A stretch of DNA of 64,000 bases from the human T2T-CHM13v2.0 reference genome, Homo sapiens. The translations under genes were made by a program, and so were the position numbers. Below are positions 1-15,678 of this stretch, in pieces. Position 1 is the stretch's first letter, and each line of letters begins with the position of its first letter. The notes beneath the pieces were generated by a model, which was given only the letters and a program-made list of their open reading frames with translations, was not told the DNA's origin and ran no database searches. The stretch lies in the NCBI RefSeq assembly GCF_009914755.1, contig NC_060931.1; one strand, written 5' to 3'.

Positions 1-1042
1 GCCATGCCTGAGCCTCCCACCCACTCCATGGGCTCCTGTGCGGCCCGAGCCTCCCCGACGAGCGCCACCCCCTGCTCCACAGCGCCCAGTCCCATCGACC
101 ACCCAAGGGCTGAGGAATGTGAGCGCACGGTGCAGGACTGGCGGGCAGCTCCACCTGCAGCCCCAGTGCGGGATCCACTAGGTGAAGCCAGCTGGGCTCC
201 TGAGTCTGGTGGGGACATGGAGAGTCTTTATATCTAGCTCAGGGATTGTAAATACACCAATCGGGACTCTATATCTAGCTCAAGGTTTGTAAATACATCA
301 ATCAGCACCCTGTGTTTAGCTCAAGGTTTGTGAGTGCACCAATCGACACTCTGTATCTAGCTGCTCTGGTGAGGACGTGGAGAACTTTTATGTATAGCTC
401 AAGGATTGTAAATACACCAATCGGCACTCTGTATCTAGCTCAAGGTTTGTAAATACACCAATCAGCACCCTGTGTTTAGCTCAAGGTTTGTGAATGCACC
501 AATCGACACTCTGTATCTAGCTGCTCTGGTGGGGCCTTGGAGAACCTGTGTGTGGAAACTCTGTATCTAACTAATCTGATGGGGATGTGGAGAACCTTTG
601 TATCTAGCTCAGGGATTGTAAACGCACCAATCAGTGCCCTGACAAAACAGGCCACAGGGCTCTACCAATCAGCAGGATGTGGGTGGGGCCAGATAAGAGA
701 ATAAAAGCAGGCTGCCCGAGCCAGCATTGGCAACCCGCTCGGGTCCTCTTCCACACTTTGGAAGCTTTGTTCTTTCACTCTTTGCAATAAATCTTGCTAC
801 TGCTCGCCCTTTGGGTCCACGCTGCTTTTATGAGCTGTAACACTCACCGCGAAGGTCTGCAGCTTCACTCCTCAGCCAGCAAGACCACGAACCCACCAGA
901 AGGAAGAAACTCCGAACACATCTGAACATCAGAAGGGACTGACTCCAGACGCGCCACCTTAAGAGCTGTAACAGTCACCGCGAGGGTCCGCGGCTTCATT
1001 CTTGAAGTCAGTGAGACCAAGAACCCACCAGTTCCGGACACA
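1..1042 (+). mobile_element. LTR12 (LTR12C-like) ERV9 LTR, 5' part outside the window
   Basis: Tandem U3 repeats with CCAAT boxes (257, 339, 417, 458, 499, 627, 665), GC box 681-689, GATA 691-696, TATA-like AATAAAA 700-706, poly(A) AATAAA 786-791, U5 repeats, terminus ...TCCGGACACA. Confidence 0.92.
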
Positions 1043-1300
1043 CTTTCACCTGGCTCAGAGCTCAAATGTAATCTCCTCAGAGTGGCCTTCCCTGCTCCTG
1101 CTACCTAGAGTAGCATCTCCCCGTCTCACTCTCTCCCTTCTCCTGCTTTATTTTCTTGGTAAAATATCATTTCAGAGCACGAGGCTTTCTTTAAGCAAAG
1201 GACAGACATTTTGCTTATTGCTCAACTAGTTTTTGAGCTCATCCTGAAAAAAGTAGCTTTTTTGTCTTTCACTTATTAATTCAGTCAAAAAATAATATTA

Positions 1301-2262
<962 letters not shown>

Positions 2263-2882
2263 CTGTCGAGCATAATGTCAGAATTAGCAATATTGATTAA
2301 ATTATGTAGTCCTTGAAGGTAGAAACTCTTTTTCACTATTGAATCCTCACCACCTGGCATACAATAGATACTCAATAATTCCTTGTGTGGGTGATAAATG
2401 AATGGGATTCCATAACAAAGTTGATCTGTGTAAGACTTTTATTTCACTCTTTCTATAAAATTAAGTCCACAATTTTTCCATGGATCCTTGCCCAAGACCA
2501 CATGTTGAAAAGAACTTATACGAATGGCAGATAGCATCACGGCTAAAGAAATAGAATCTTTTGAAGACAATAACTATTTTACTTTTAAAATTGCTCACAA
2601 ATTAAAGAATGCTGGTAGAGATAACAAAGATGATTTCCAGGAGTAAGAGGCCATCATGCAGTTTGTGATTTCCAGATACTTTTGCAGAAAGGCAACCATG
2701 CTGTAGAGTCAGTAGCAGAGTTTTCACCACCTGTCTAAGACAGAGGAAAATGACCCCAAAAAAAAAAGGCAACTTCAGGCCCTTCTTCAAAAATGCAAAT
2801 CCAGGGCTACTTCCAGCTGTCTCCATAGCATGGCAAAACAATATTCCCAGCCAAGCTTCAAGCCATTAAGAAAAACCATCAC

Positions 2883-3269
<387 letters not shown>

Positions 3270-4514
3270 CTAATAACATTTAAAATCAGAAGAAAAAAAT
3301 GAACTGTTAAGTCAAAGGAAAAATGTTCTAATATATAATATGTTAATACATAATATCATTATATTCATCTTTATACCAACACAGTCCTAAAATATTACTT
3401 TTGATTTTTTTTTAATGGAGGAAGAAAACCTTGAAAGCAAAAGTGCCTAGGGCCTGTGAAAGTCATCACATGACCCTGATTTGGCGTCTGCTTTGCCTTA
3501 AAAAAGCATTCTAGACAGATATTCAGCTGGAAATACTGAAATGGGCTCATGCCAAAAGAACTAGATCTCTTGTTATCCAGAAAACCATATTTTCTAGGCA
3601 GATTCATTTCCCCCAAGATGCCTAAGAGTCATGATAACATATTTTAGAGGCGAGATTAATGCGATCGCCCCATAAAATATTTTAAGCTCTCATCTGTTCT
3701 GAAACAAAGTACGCAACATGTCACCAAGAGAAAATGACTGCTCATACCGAGAAAATGTATTTTCTTCGAGGTGCCACAGCCACTGTAATTTGCACCTCCT
3801 GAAGTGTAGATGGAAGTCCCCTCAACATGTACAGACAGTTAAAAGAGTCACGGTAATGATAGGACTAGAGAATGTGCCCAGCTGAGAAAATAAGCACACA
3901 GCGAGCATTGTCAGAGCTGAAAATTAAGATCCCCCAAGCAAACATTTCAGATAGAGCCCCTCATCTTTTGTTAAAAGTAAAATGAAAATCAACAGCCCTC
4001 TACACCACATCTGAGCCATGGAAGTCACTCCCTTTAGGTGTCTAAGAGACGACTGCAGCTTCAGTGCCTGGCTCAGATTAGCTTTGTTCTTCCTTGTCTC
4101 TTATCCTTTGAATAGCTCTGACAGTGCCACAAGGAGTAATTACCAATTCGCAGGGGGACACATCTTCAGTTAAAGTGGATTATCTGCAAGTTGAGGGGTG
4201 GGGGTTGCTGGCGGCTACAACTGAGTTAGGTATTAAGTATAATCTGCAAATGCAGGGAGAGTTCTGCAGAGCCCCAGGCAGTTCTTAACTTTCTAGAAGT
4301 AGCTCCCAGCTGAGGCCTCCCCTGGTCTCCAGGCATCTGGATAATGTCTTAACTGGTAGAGTGATGGTTAAGAGCATGAGTTTTGGGGGCAAATTTCCTG
4401 GTTTTATGCACTGGCACTTCCTAGCTCATGTGATTCTGGGCAAGTTACTTCACTACAGTGAGCGACAATCAGAATGGGTCCAAAATTGTACCAGCCATAG
4501 CAAGGTGCTGCAGA

Positions 4515-4990
4515 TGTAGCAGGACGAATTGCAGACAAAACTCAGACACCAAGTTAAAGAAGGAAGAGGTTTATTCAGCCGGGAGCATCGGCAAGACTCC
4601 TGTCTCAAGAGCCAAGCTACCCGAGTGAGCAATTCCTGTCCCTTTTAAGGGCTCACAACTCTAAGGGGGTTCCGTGTGAGAGGGTCGTGATCTATTGAGC
4701 AAGCAGGGGGTATGTGACAGGGGCTGCATGCACCGGTGGTCAGACTGAGACAGAACAGACCAGGAAGTTTCACAGTGTCTTTCTATACAATGTCTGGAGT
4801 CTATAGATAACATCAGTTGCTAGGTCAGGGGTCGAATTTTAACTACCAGGCTTAGGTCAGGCGGGCCCAGGCCTGGTTTCGGGTCTGGTTCCTAGGCACT
4901 GGGCTACCTGCCTTTAGTTTCGCTTCTCTTTCCTTTTCTGATTATAGAACAATATAAAACAATATGAGAGGGTCTGTCTCTCTTCTCTCA
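4515..4990 (-). mobile_element. Solo ERV1 LTR (LTR15-like) inserted in a MIR
   Basis: TG...CA termini, near-TSD caga/caaa, AATAAA on the minus strand (~4570-75), MIR-like flanks (~4360-4514 and ~4995-5070). Confidence 0.75.
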
Positions 4991-5113
4991 CAAACATTAA
5001 TAAGACATTGTGTTTCAAATGCTAAGCATACATCTAATACATGGTAATAACCCCAAGAATCTTTAGCTGTTACCATTATATTTTTATATTTTTTTTAATT
5101 AAAATTGAATCCC

Positions 5114-5456
5114 TTTTTTTTTTTTTTTTTTTTTTTTTTTGTCTTTTGTGACAGAGTGCCTCTATTGCCCAGGCTGGAACGCAGTGCTGTGATCTTGGCT
5201 CACTGCAACCTCCGCCTCCCAGGTTCAAGCCATTCTCATGCCCCAACCTCCCAAGTAGCTGGAATTACAGGGGTGTGCCACTACACCTGGCTAATTTGTG
5301 CCACTACACCCGGCTAATTTGTGCCACTACACCTGGCTAATTTTTGCATTGTTAGTAGAGACAGGGTTTCGCCATGTTGGCCAGGATGGTCTCGAACTCC
5401 TGGCCTCAAGTGATCCAAAGTGCTGGGATTACCAACATAAGACATGGCACCCAGCC
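5114..5456 (-). mobile_element. Alu with an internal 23-bp triplication
   Basis: Poly-T then antisense Alu; gtgccactacacc(t/c)ggctaattt three times at 5275-5343. Confidence 0.9.
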
Positions 5457-5567
5457 TCTGTTATCATTATTAAGCATTCATTTAAGCCAAGATCTAAGGG
5501 GAACCAAGGCCCAGTAGCAAATCTGCTAATACTCAGGAAATGGGTTTGTGAGAAATGTTGCTGTTCT

Positions 5568-5570
5568 TTA

Positions 5571-5613
<43 letters not shown>

Positions 5614-5616
5614 TAC
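5568..5616. repeat. (TTA)n microsatellite
   Basis: Visible trinucleotide run. Confidence 0.95.
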
Positions 5617-7847
5617 TGCTACATTCACTATGAGAAAACATTCACGTCTCAGAAATAACAGTAATAAGGGGTAAGCATTGCCAGGAGGAGGCAGAAGGCA
5701 CATACTGGCCAAGTCCGGCTCTACGCCCTGTGTGTACAGATATGTCTTCCAACTTTCGAAAAGTCTTTGTAAAGGTTTTCGCTGATTTGAGCTGTTTTCA
5801 GCTAAGTCACCAGAACATCCAGAATCTAATTTTAAATGAAGGTTATTATAATGTCCCTCAGTTTCGTAGCCTCTTATTCAAGAGAGATTAGAATTCTGTG
5901 AAGGAAAAGCTTTGTTTTAAGTTCCAAGGGATGTAAAGATTTGCTAGGCTGTCTTTAAATCCCATTTGGGAACTCACCATTTATATAAAAATGGATGACA
6001 TATAATGTGTCTTTGGGAACAGTGAACTCTGAAGAGAAAGATATGGTCAAATGGCCCGGCCTCCTCCCACCTCGGAGGATACACTGCACCCTCTTCCTAC
6101 CCCTGATTTGGCCCTTTCACAAATCTCAGCTCTAGACTGAGGCAGAAGGACATAAAGATGCCCATTTCCAAAGCTCTCCGGCTCCCCAGTGCCTCTGGTT
6201 CTATCCATCTTTGTGACCTGACGTCTCAGTGGCTGGGTCCCAGATAGGGAGCTCTGGTCTCCGGTTCCTGGAGGCTGAGCCTGAATCCCTCCACGCAGAA
6301 AGAGAGTCAGGGACAGCACCGGGGGCTGAATCCCTGCCCCACCTTCTAGCAGAGTGACCTCAGTCAGGTGACTTTACTCCTCAGGCTGTTTCTTTTCTGG
6401 ATAACAAAAGGTCATTCAACCCCATCTTGTGGATTTTCTGTGGAGATTTAGTTAGATAAAGGACTGGCACACAGGGTGAAGTGAGGCAGCCTTCCCCTCT
6501 TCCGCACAGTGCCACACAGAACAGGGGTCTGAGGACTTGCCTTCTCCCCTGCATGGCTGGTCCCCCCCTACCCCTGCCCTTCCCTGGTGTTTCCACCGCA
6601 CCCCACCAGCTGGAATGACATCCAGGATTGAACTCAATAGCCCCTTGGCTTACAGGGCCACTTTCTCCACACCTACCCTGGCAGACTTGATCTCATATTT
6701 GCTTTCAGTATAAGATCCAGTTGAGCATCCTTCCATTAATGCCCCACAGAACAAGTCTCAGCCTTCTCCCTGGTGCCGGCCTTTCCAACACCTGAAGGCA
6801 GTGACGGTGTGCTTCTAGAGTCTTCTCTTCCCCACATTCAGCATCCACAGTTCCTTCCAGTCTGCTTCACATGACACCGTCTCAAGCATGGTGCCATCCT
6901 CAAAACACACCCCGGTTTATTATTGCTTTCCTGCTCAAGATGCTCTGTCCAGAACTGATCACCTCTCTGGGGTATGCTGACCACCCCAGGGGATGGTCTC
7001 AGAAACCACTTTCTAAATTGGAATATAGACTCCATCCTTTTCATGACTCAGTCAGGTCTCACTCTTAATTCCTAAATCCCAAATAATTAACAAAAATACC
7101 AGAGTCCTGAGGGGTTGCTGGAAAACAAAACTGGAAAAAAAAATCCAGTTTTCTTCTATCAGCCCCATTGTCCCAACAAAGGAGGGGGAGAGGAGGCTAC
7201 GTGCAGTTACCAGGTGTGTCCTATACAATTTGGTATTGAAGGTGATTGGGGTGGGGGAAGGCACGATGGCATTTCCAAATATAGAAATTGGTTATTCGTT
7301 TCTGCTAAACTGTATTTAGTTATATCTAGGGAAATCATTTCAGCCTCTCGGAGTCCCTTTGGCTCACGATAATGTCCTCTTGAGTGGAGCCATCCCTTTT
7401 TACTAAATGCCATATGGCACATTCATCAATGTGCCATTGATGTCTTTATCCAAGTTAATAAAATGATTAAATGTAGGCTTGGAATCACCACTAAAATTCT
7501 CCTTGAAGCCAATTTCTACCTATTTATCAAATTCCACCACTGTTCATCTCATGATTAATCTACCTTTAAAATACTCTCATGCATCACTGAACGACAGGGA
7601 TACGTTCTGAGAAGAGTGTCATTAAGCAATTTCATCATTATGCGAATACCACAGAGTGCACTTACACAAACCCAGAAGGTGCAGCCTTCTACACACCCAG
7701 GCTCTGTGCTACAGCCCATTGCTCCCAGGCTGCAGACATGTGCAGCACGCCACTGCACTCAATACTGTAGGCAACGGTAACACAACGGTATTTGTTCACT
7801 AAACATAGACAAAGTATGGTAAAAATATGATATAAAAGATAAAAATT

Positions 7848-8264
<417 letters not shown>

Positions 8265-8355
8265 TTATACTACTGTAGATTTTATAAGCACTGGACACTT
8301 TGGCCACATTAAATTTACCTTTTACAATTTTCTTTCTTTAATAATAAATTAACCA

Positions 8356-8665
8356 GCTGGGTGCAGTGGTTCATGTCTGTAATCCCAGCACTTTGGGAGG
8401 CAGAGGAGGGTAGACCACTTGAGGTCAGGAGTTAAAAACCAGCCTGATCAACATGGTGAAACCCCGTCTCTACTAAAAATACAAAAATTAGCCTGGTGTG
8501 GTGGCATATGCCTGTAATCCCAGCTACTCGGGAGGCTGAGGCAGGAGAATTGCTTGAACCCAGGAGGCAGAGGTTACCGTGAGCCGAGATTGTGCCACTG
8601 CATGCACTCCATCCTGGTCAGCAGAGGAAGACTCCATCTCAAAATAAATAAATAAATAAAATAAA
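8356..8665 (+). mobile_element. Alu
   Basis: Full Alu with (AAAT)n tail; ataaattaacc TSD. Confidence 0.92.
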
Positions 8666-9104
8666 TTAACCTTAGCATACTGTACCTTTTCTAACTTTAT
8701 AGACTTCTTAATGTTTTCAAACTTTTTCACTTTTTCATATTTTTGTCTAACACTTAGATTAAAACACAAACACATTATACAGCTGTAAAAAATATTTCTT
8801 TTTATATGCGTATTCTATAAGATTTTGCTATTTAAAAATTTGTTTTTAACTTTTAAGACTTTTTTATTGAAAACTAGGACACAAATGCACACATTTGCTT
8901 TGGCCTCCACAGGGTGAGGATCATCAATACCACTGTCTTCCACCTGCACACCTTGTCACACTGGGAGGTCTTCAGGGGCAGTGACACACATGGAGCTGTC
9001 ATCTCCTGTGATAACAATGCCTTCTTCTGGAATAGCTCCTGAAGGACCTGCCTGAGGCTGTTGTACAATTACCCTTTTTAAAAATAAAAAATAAAAAAAA
9101 AGTA

Positions 9105-9405
9105 GGCCAGGTGCAGTGGCTCACACCTGTAATCCCAGGACTTTGGGAGGCTGAGGCAAGCAGATCATGAGGTCAGGAGTTCGAGACCAGCCTGGCCAAC
9201 GTGGTGAAACCCCGTCTCTACTAAAAATACAAAATTAGCCAGGTGTGGTGGCGGGTGCCTATAATCCCAGCTACTTGGGAGGCTGAGGCACAAGAATCGC
9301 TTGAACCCAGTAGGTGGAAGTTGTGGTAGCTCAGATTGTGCCACTGCACTCCAGCCTGGACGACAGAGCGAGACTCAGTCTCAAAAAACAACAACAACAA
9401 AAAAG
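9105..9405 (+). mobile_element. Alu
   Basis: Full Alu with (AAC)n/A tail. Confidence 0.92.
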
Positions 9406-11143
9406 AAGTATACTCTAAAATAATGATAAAAAGCACATTATGATAAATGCCAGGCAATAGAAAAATTTCAGCTCCATTATAATCTCCTGGGACCACCCTC
9501 CTACATGTGGTTCATCCTTGACCAAAGCATCATTATGTGGTGCCTGACTGTACTACTCAAACATATTACAATGAGACCATATCTATTTGTCTTGACCACA
9601 AAAATGTCATGAGAAACTTACTAAAATGCTTTGCTGAAATTTAGATGGCCTCTCTCAGTGCTCTCCCACCTAGGAGGCTATTACCCCAATCTGAAAATAA
9701 AGGAACTGGCTTTAGGGGTTCAGCAGTGAGAATAGGTGTTGACAGGAAGAAGTATCCAAAGGCCTCCCAGTGGGTCTCCGGACTGTGTCCCTTGGTGGCA
9801 TCCAGGGTGGTTGCGATCGTATGGTTTAAATTTTGTGATGATCCACTGGAGCTTCAAGTTCAGCCTCAAAGCATTAGGCTCTGTTTTCTGAACATCATTT
9901 TATATGGCAAGGTCCCGAGATTCTAATTTTTTCTTGTGTTAATTATGTGACATGGAGCGTCAGTTAAGGGAACCATCCAATACACTTTCCAGAAACAGTT
10001 CTCCCTCTCAGTTTCTTCGTGTGCTTGACTGGCTCATGGCCCTGGGGAAACCATCGCTTTCAATCCCTACCTCAGGTCCATTTCGTGATGTTTATGCATT
10101 CATGCGATCTTAGTCCTCAAAGGATTTTTTTTTCTTCTCTTGGGTAAGATAGCTTTAGAGGCCTTCTGGGATAGGAATTATAATACAACTGAGAACAAAG
10201 GAAGAAAAATAAAAAGTGAACTACTTTCTGTTTTACTGAATCATTCAACTTGACATTATCTGGAAATACAAAAATTTGCTAACACACTTTTCCTAGCCTA
10301 CACTTTGTTATGCTGCTTGTGAAATGTATGAGGTCAACACCTTTCTACCCTTTTTTCCCCATTGTCGCAAATTCTCCTGCTGTCCAGAGTTAGTTTCAAA
10401 TGACCCTCTGCTAGTCTTGGCCGGCATACCTACCAGTGGCTTGGAGAGGAATTAAGGAAAAGCTTGAAAACTGAAGCTCATTTTTTTGTATGGTGTTGGC
10501 TAGAGTTTAACGTGGTTCTCCAAAGCCAAAAAAACATTTTAGCAGAAGCGGAGCACACACAGAGATAAATTATTTTTCTGTACTACATTTCAGTTGGTAA
10601 TTTCGTACACAGGATTCTATTTCTGCTGCTATCAAGTTAAAATGCAAAAGTGGAAACATTCCAATGAGTAAGAAGCAGGTCTGTTCATTCCCAGCTCATG
10701 AGAAACTCAGGACGCACATTAGTGTTCTGTTTCCCAGCAGCAAATAGCCAGGACATATAGCTTCAATTTACTGGGATTCGAAGAAGTCAAATCAGACCTG
10801 ATTTCCCATGAAGTAAATCATAGCACCCAGCTCTGTGGTTTGAGTGACAGGTACATCCATTATTCTGAAAGGTCTTGTTACTTTCAGCAGAGCTTGTTAT
10901 TCTTAGCCCTAAAAAATCATGCCATGTGACAGGGCACCTGAGGCTGAGGAATGGGGCACCAGCACCTTCCAGGCTTTCTATCTTACATCTGACAACTTGA
11001 AACATCCAGGAAAGAAGTGGAAAATCCACATATCAGATGTGTGCTCCTACCCATTCCAAATGTCTGGTGTTTGGGAAACATTTAAGGGATCATAAATTCT
11101 CTTTTGTGTCAATGTTTTTGGTACTGTGTAATTACAACTATAT

Positions 11144-11586
<443 letters not shown>

Positions 11587-11670
11587 ATTACAACTATATT
11601 CTAAGATTAACTAGCAATCATAAGTTTTTTGTTTTCAGTCTAGATTTTAGAAATGCGAATGACACCAGGC

Positions 11671-11949
11671 CCAACACTTTGGGAGGCCGAGGCAGGTGGA
11701 TCACGAGGTCAGGAGTTCAAGACCAACCTGGCCAAGATGGTGAAACCCCCTCTCTACTAAAAATACAAAAAAAAAAAATTAGCCAGACATGGTGGCGGGC
11801 GCCTGTAATCTCAGCTATTCGGGAGGCTGATGCAGAGAATTGCTTGAACCTGGGAGGTGGAGGTTGCAGTGAGCCGAGATTGCGCCACTGCACTCCAGCC
11901 TGGGTAACAGAGCAAGACTCCATCTCAAAAAAAAAAAGAAAAAAAGAAA
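11671..11949 (+). mobile_element. Alu (5' end partly deleted)
   Basis: Starts near ccaacactttgggaggccgagg. Confidence 0.9.
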
Positions 11950-12161
11950 CGTGAGTGACAATTTCAACCTATTTAGTATCCCCAAAAGCTCAGGAGCTGT
12001 GATAAATTGATACAAATAAAAATGTAATACTTCATCTTTTTGCAAAATAGTGCAGTGGGCTCTATGAAGACATTTCTTTTTATTGTTGACTCTGGAAAGA
12101 AAAAATCCAGTTTTGTGTTATCAGTCCTTAGAAAAAGATTTATGAGTTAAAATGCAGCAGA

Positions 12162-12460
12162 GGCCAGGTGCAGTGGCTCCCATCTATAACGCCAGCACTT
12201 TGGGAGGCTGAGGGGGATAGGATTGCTTGAAGCCAGGAGTTCGAGACCAGCCTGGGCAACATAATGAGACCCTGTATCTACAGAAAATTTTTAAAAACAA
12301 GCCAGTCATGGTGGTGTGCGCCTGTAGTCCCAGGTACTTAGGAGGCTAAGGTGAAAGGATCACTTGAGCCCAGGGGTTCAAGGGTACAGCGAGGCCTATG
12401 ATCACACCGCTGCATTCCTGCCTGGCTGACAGTGAGACCCTGTCTCTAAAAATAATTAAA
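12162..12460 (+). mobile_element. Alu (AluJ-like)
   Basis: ggattgcttgaagccaggagttcgagaccagcctgggcaaca, J-type diagnostics. Confidence 0.88.
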
Positions 12461-13689
12461 ATTCAAAATGTGGTAGAGACACTAGAAGGAAAAATGATTC
12501 TGCTTCTCCCAGCATTCTGCCTCTGCATAATTGAGTTAGTGCATTTCATAGGTCAAGAACTATTTAAATTACACCTGCATATTTTAGTCCTGCATATTTC
12601 TTCATAAGAGAGAAAAGCATCTAATAAATACAATGAAATTTCATTCATGTCTTTATTTAAGGGATGAATAAAATGTCACAGTACCTAATCGTATACATCA
12701 ATTATGGATCCAGATTTAATTCTGGCTGTGCCTCTTTGGAAAGGCAGCTGATGAGCAAGACATCACTGATCAAAAACTGCATTCTGTTAGAGCAGGAGCT
12801 GACAGGGAACCTAGATGCCAGCATTTCCATGCCCTGCCTGATGTTTACCATTTGATCACGTTCGAACTGAGGAATGAGGCTTATCGGATTTTATGTTGCT
12901 TTTTTTAGATGAATGCTCTTGGCTTTTTGTTGTTGTTATGGTTACTTCCCATTGATTTATTCCACTAACCATTTAGACTCCCGTTCATTCACCTACGGCC
13001 AAATGGGACTAGAATGGAAAAACGGAATCCTACCCGATCAATGCAAATTCTATTTCTCTCTCTCCAAGAGGCCCAGATGACCAGCCCTGACACTGGGAGC
13101 CACTGGGAGCTTCAGGTGCTGGCCCAGCAGTGCCTGGCCATGTTTTCAAGTGTACATCAGGTGACCACTCACCTGTTGTACTTCAGTCTGATTTTCCAAG
13201 GAGTATTTAAAACCACCCAGGCAGTGATTTCAAACCGACTTTCTACTTATTCCACAAGGTACCGTCGAACCACTGTTCTACGTGTGAGGCCTGTGGAGGG
13301 TTTATACAGCAATGAGTGTTCAGTGTTAAGTCCTGCCTTCCTTCATAGAAGAGAAATTTATCAGTTCCTCTGGGTGTCAGTTTTAGAGCAATACAACAAC
13401 GTTTTGAAAGACAAATCCATTTTTAATGAGACGGACAGATTTTCAGGTAATAGTACTGCTAGAAATAACATATAATGATCTACTGGTTCTGAATACACTG
13501 CTGAATTCCTGAATACGCTGAAGACCTCCCCCTCCTCTTTCCTGGTTATGTTCTGCACCTGTTTACCCTATGAAGCTGAAAAACAAACTTTGACTATAGC
13601 TAACTATGATTGTTCTAATTTCCATAGTACTTGATCCCCTCCCACACACCAAACTATGAATGACAGACTGCTGAATAGATGGTTTCAGT

Positions 13690-14020
13690 CATAGACCGTC
13701 CCTGACTTATGGTTCCACTTAGAAGTTTTCAACTTTACCATGGTTCAAAAGTGATATGCGTTCAGTAGAAACCGTACTTTGAATACCCATACAACCATTC
13801 TGTTTTCCACTTTCAACACTTTATTATAAAATAGGTGTGTTAGATGACTTTACTGAACTGTAGACTAATGTAAGTGTTCTGAGTATGTTTAAGGTAGGCT
13901 GGGCTATGCTATGATGTTCAGTAGGTTACGTGTATTTAATGCATTTTTGATTTACAATATTCCCACCTTACGATGGGTGTATGGGGAGGTAACCCCATTA
14001 TACGTTGAAAAGCATCTGTA
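13690..14020 (-). mobile_element. Tigger4-like DNA transposon fragment
   Basis: Ends ...gttgaaaagcatctgta; internal similarity to recalled Tigger4b. Confidence 0.6.
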
Positions 14021-15348
14021 TATTCATTCCTACAGTCACTGGTGATTACTTTGTCCAAGGCATTATTTTGGGGGAACACAAAGAGAAGTGACATTTAGTC
14101 CCAGCTGTCAAGAAAACTTTAATTCTAGGAAAGGCACAGTTGCGGGCCTCTGGCCCATCCGAAGAGAGCAGGAACACACCTGGTCCAGTTAGGTAGAGCC
14201 GGGAGCAGAATCCAGGAGGAAGCCCCACTCAGCGGGGGTCTCTGGTGTTCTAAAGTGATGGATAGTGACTGGTACTAAGTGTGAGGGGAGAGGGTGGATT
14301 ACACCTGAATAGTACAGAGGCTCTAAGGCAGAACATCCAGGGACTTAGAGAGACGTCAAACTCCTCCACAACAATGTTCCCCAAACAAGAGTCATTTGAG
14401 GACCAATGTCACGATTTTTGCCATTTCTGATGACATTTTTACCATTTCTAGTGGCCTCCTTTACTGTTGTTTACTTAACATTTTCCTTTAAATGGACTCA
14501 CTATTTTTACTTAAATAAATTTATGTTAAAAAGTTTATGTTAAAGAGAAATTTTGCAATACTACCATGAAATGAAATGCCAGTACCGCTTGCTGTCACGA
14601 TACGGTGGTGCTAAAAATACGTAATATAAAAATATAATGAAACTCAGCACTGTTGCCCACCGAAGCATCCAGGTCTGAGGTCTGACCTCTCTTTGTTAAA
14701 AAGGGAAAATAGCAAGTATTGGCACCATAATAAAGATAGTCCAGCCCCACACTGAGCCGGCCTGAGACTCTGAGAAATTGAAAGGGAATCGGGGAAGGAA
14801 TAAGACTGGATGTTATTTAGCTCCCAGTCTGTGAATTACCTAAAGACCCCCAGTGCCACCAGTGCGACATACTTCACCCCAGAACAGAGGGAAGGAACAG
14901 AATGGTAGGCAGTGCTTTGGGGCCAGTTGTACTACAGTCTCTGCAGAGCAACCATATGCTGTGTCAGGGCTGGAACCAGGTTTGGCCATCTGTGTTGACC
15001 CCACAGATTCTATGAAGGGTGACTTCCACAATCCCTAGCACACTGGGGAGCACACAGTACATACTTATCAAAAGTCTTAAATTAAGTCTCACTGATGCCC
15101 TAAAATCTTCTGCCTGTTTCATAAAAAGTAGAAAATGAAGCTGACAGTGATTCTTTGTATCTCATAATATCACATCGCCCTCCCCAAAAAGGAACATTGA
15201 TAGAAAACTATAAGATATAAAACCTAACAAAAATCATCTGGTGAATAGATCCCATGGAATACACAAGAAGAAGATATAGGTGCATTTAAATAATCTCAAA
15301 GGAAAAGAAGAAATCTCCTTTGAGAAGTCACATCTAAATGCTTATCCA

Positions 15349-15678
15349 GGCTGGGCACAGTGGCTCATGCCTATAATCCCAGCACTCTGGGAGGCCGAGG
15401 TGGGTGGATCGCTTGAGCCTAGTTGTTTGGGACCAACCTGGGTAACATAACAAAACCCCGCCTCTACAAAAAAATACTAAAAAAAAAAATTAGTCGGGCA
15501 TGGTAGCACACGAGTGTGGTTCCAGCTACTCAAAGAGGCTGAGGTGGGAGGATTGCTTGAGCCCGGGAGGTTGAGGCTGCAGTGAGCTGAGATTGTGCCT
15601 TGCACTCCAGCCAGGATGACAGAGTAAGACCCTGTCTCATAAATAATAAATAAATAAATCCCTGTCCAAATAAATAAA
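15349..15678 (+). mobile_element. Alu (AluJ-like)
   Basis: Dimeric Alu; TSD taaatgcttatcca. Confidence 0.9.

Noticed and set aside
6310-6320. GGACAGCACC as a REST/NRSE site
   Set aside because: Only the right half-site is present; there is no TCAGCACC left half at the proper spacing.
13014-13475. 153-aa ORF in unique intronic DNA
   Set aside because: No recognisable domain or exon structure; the length is compatible with chance.
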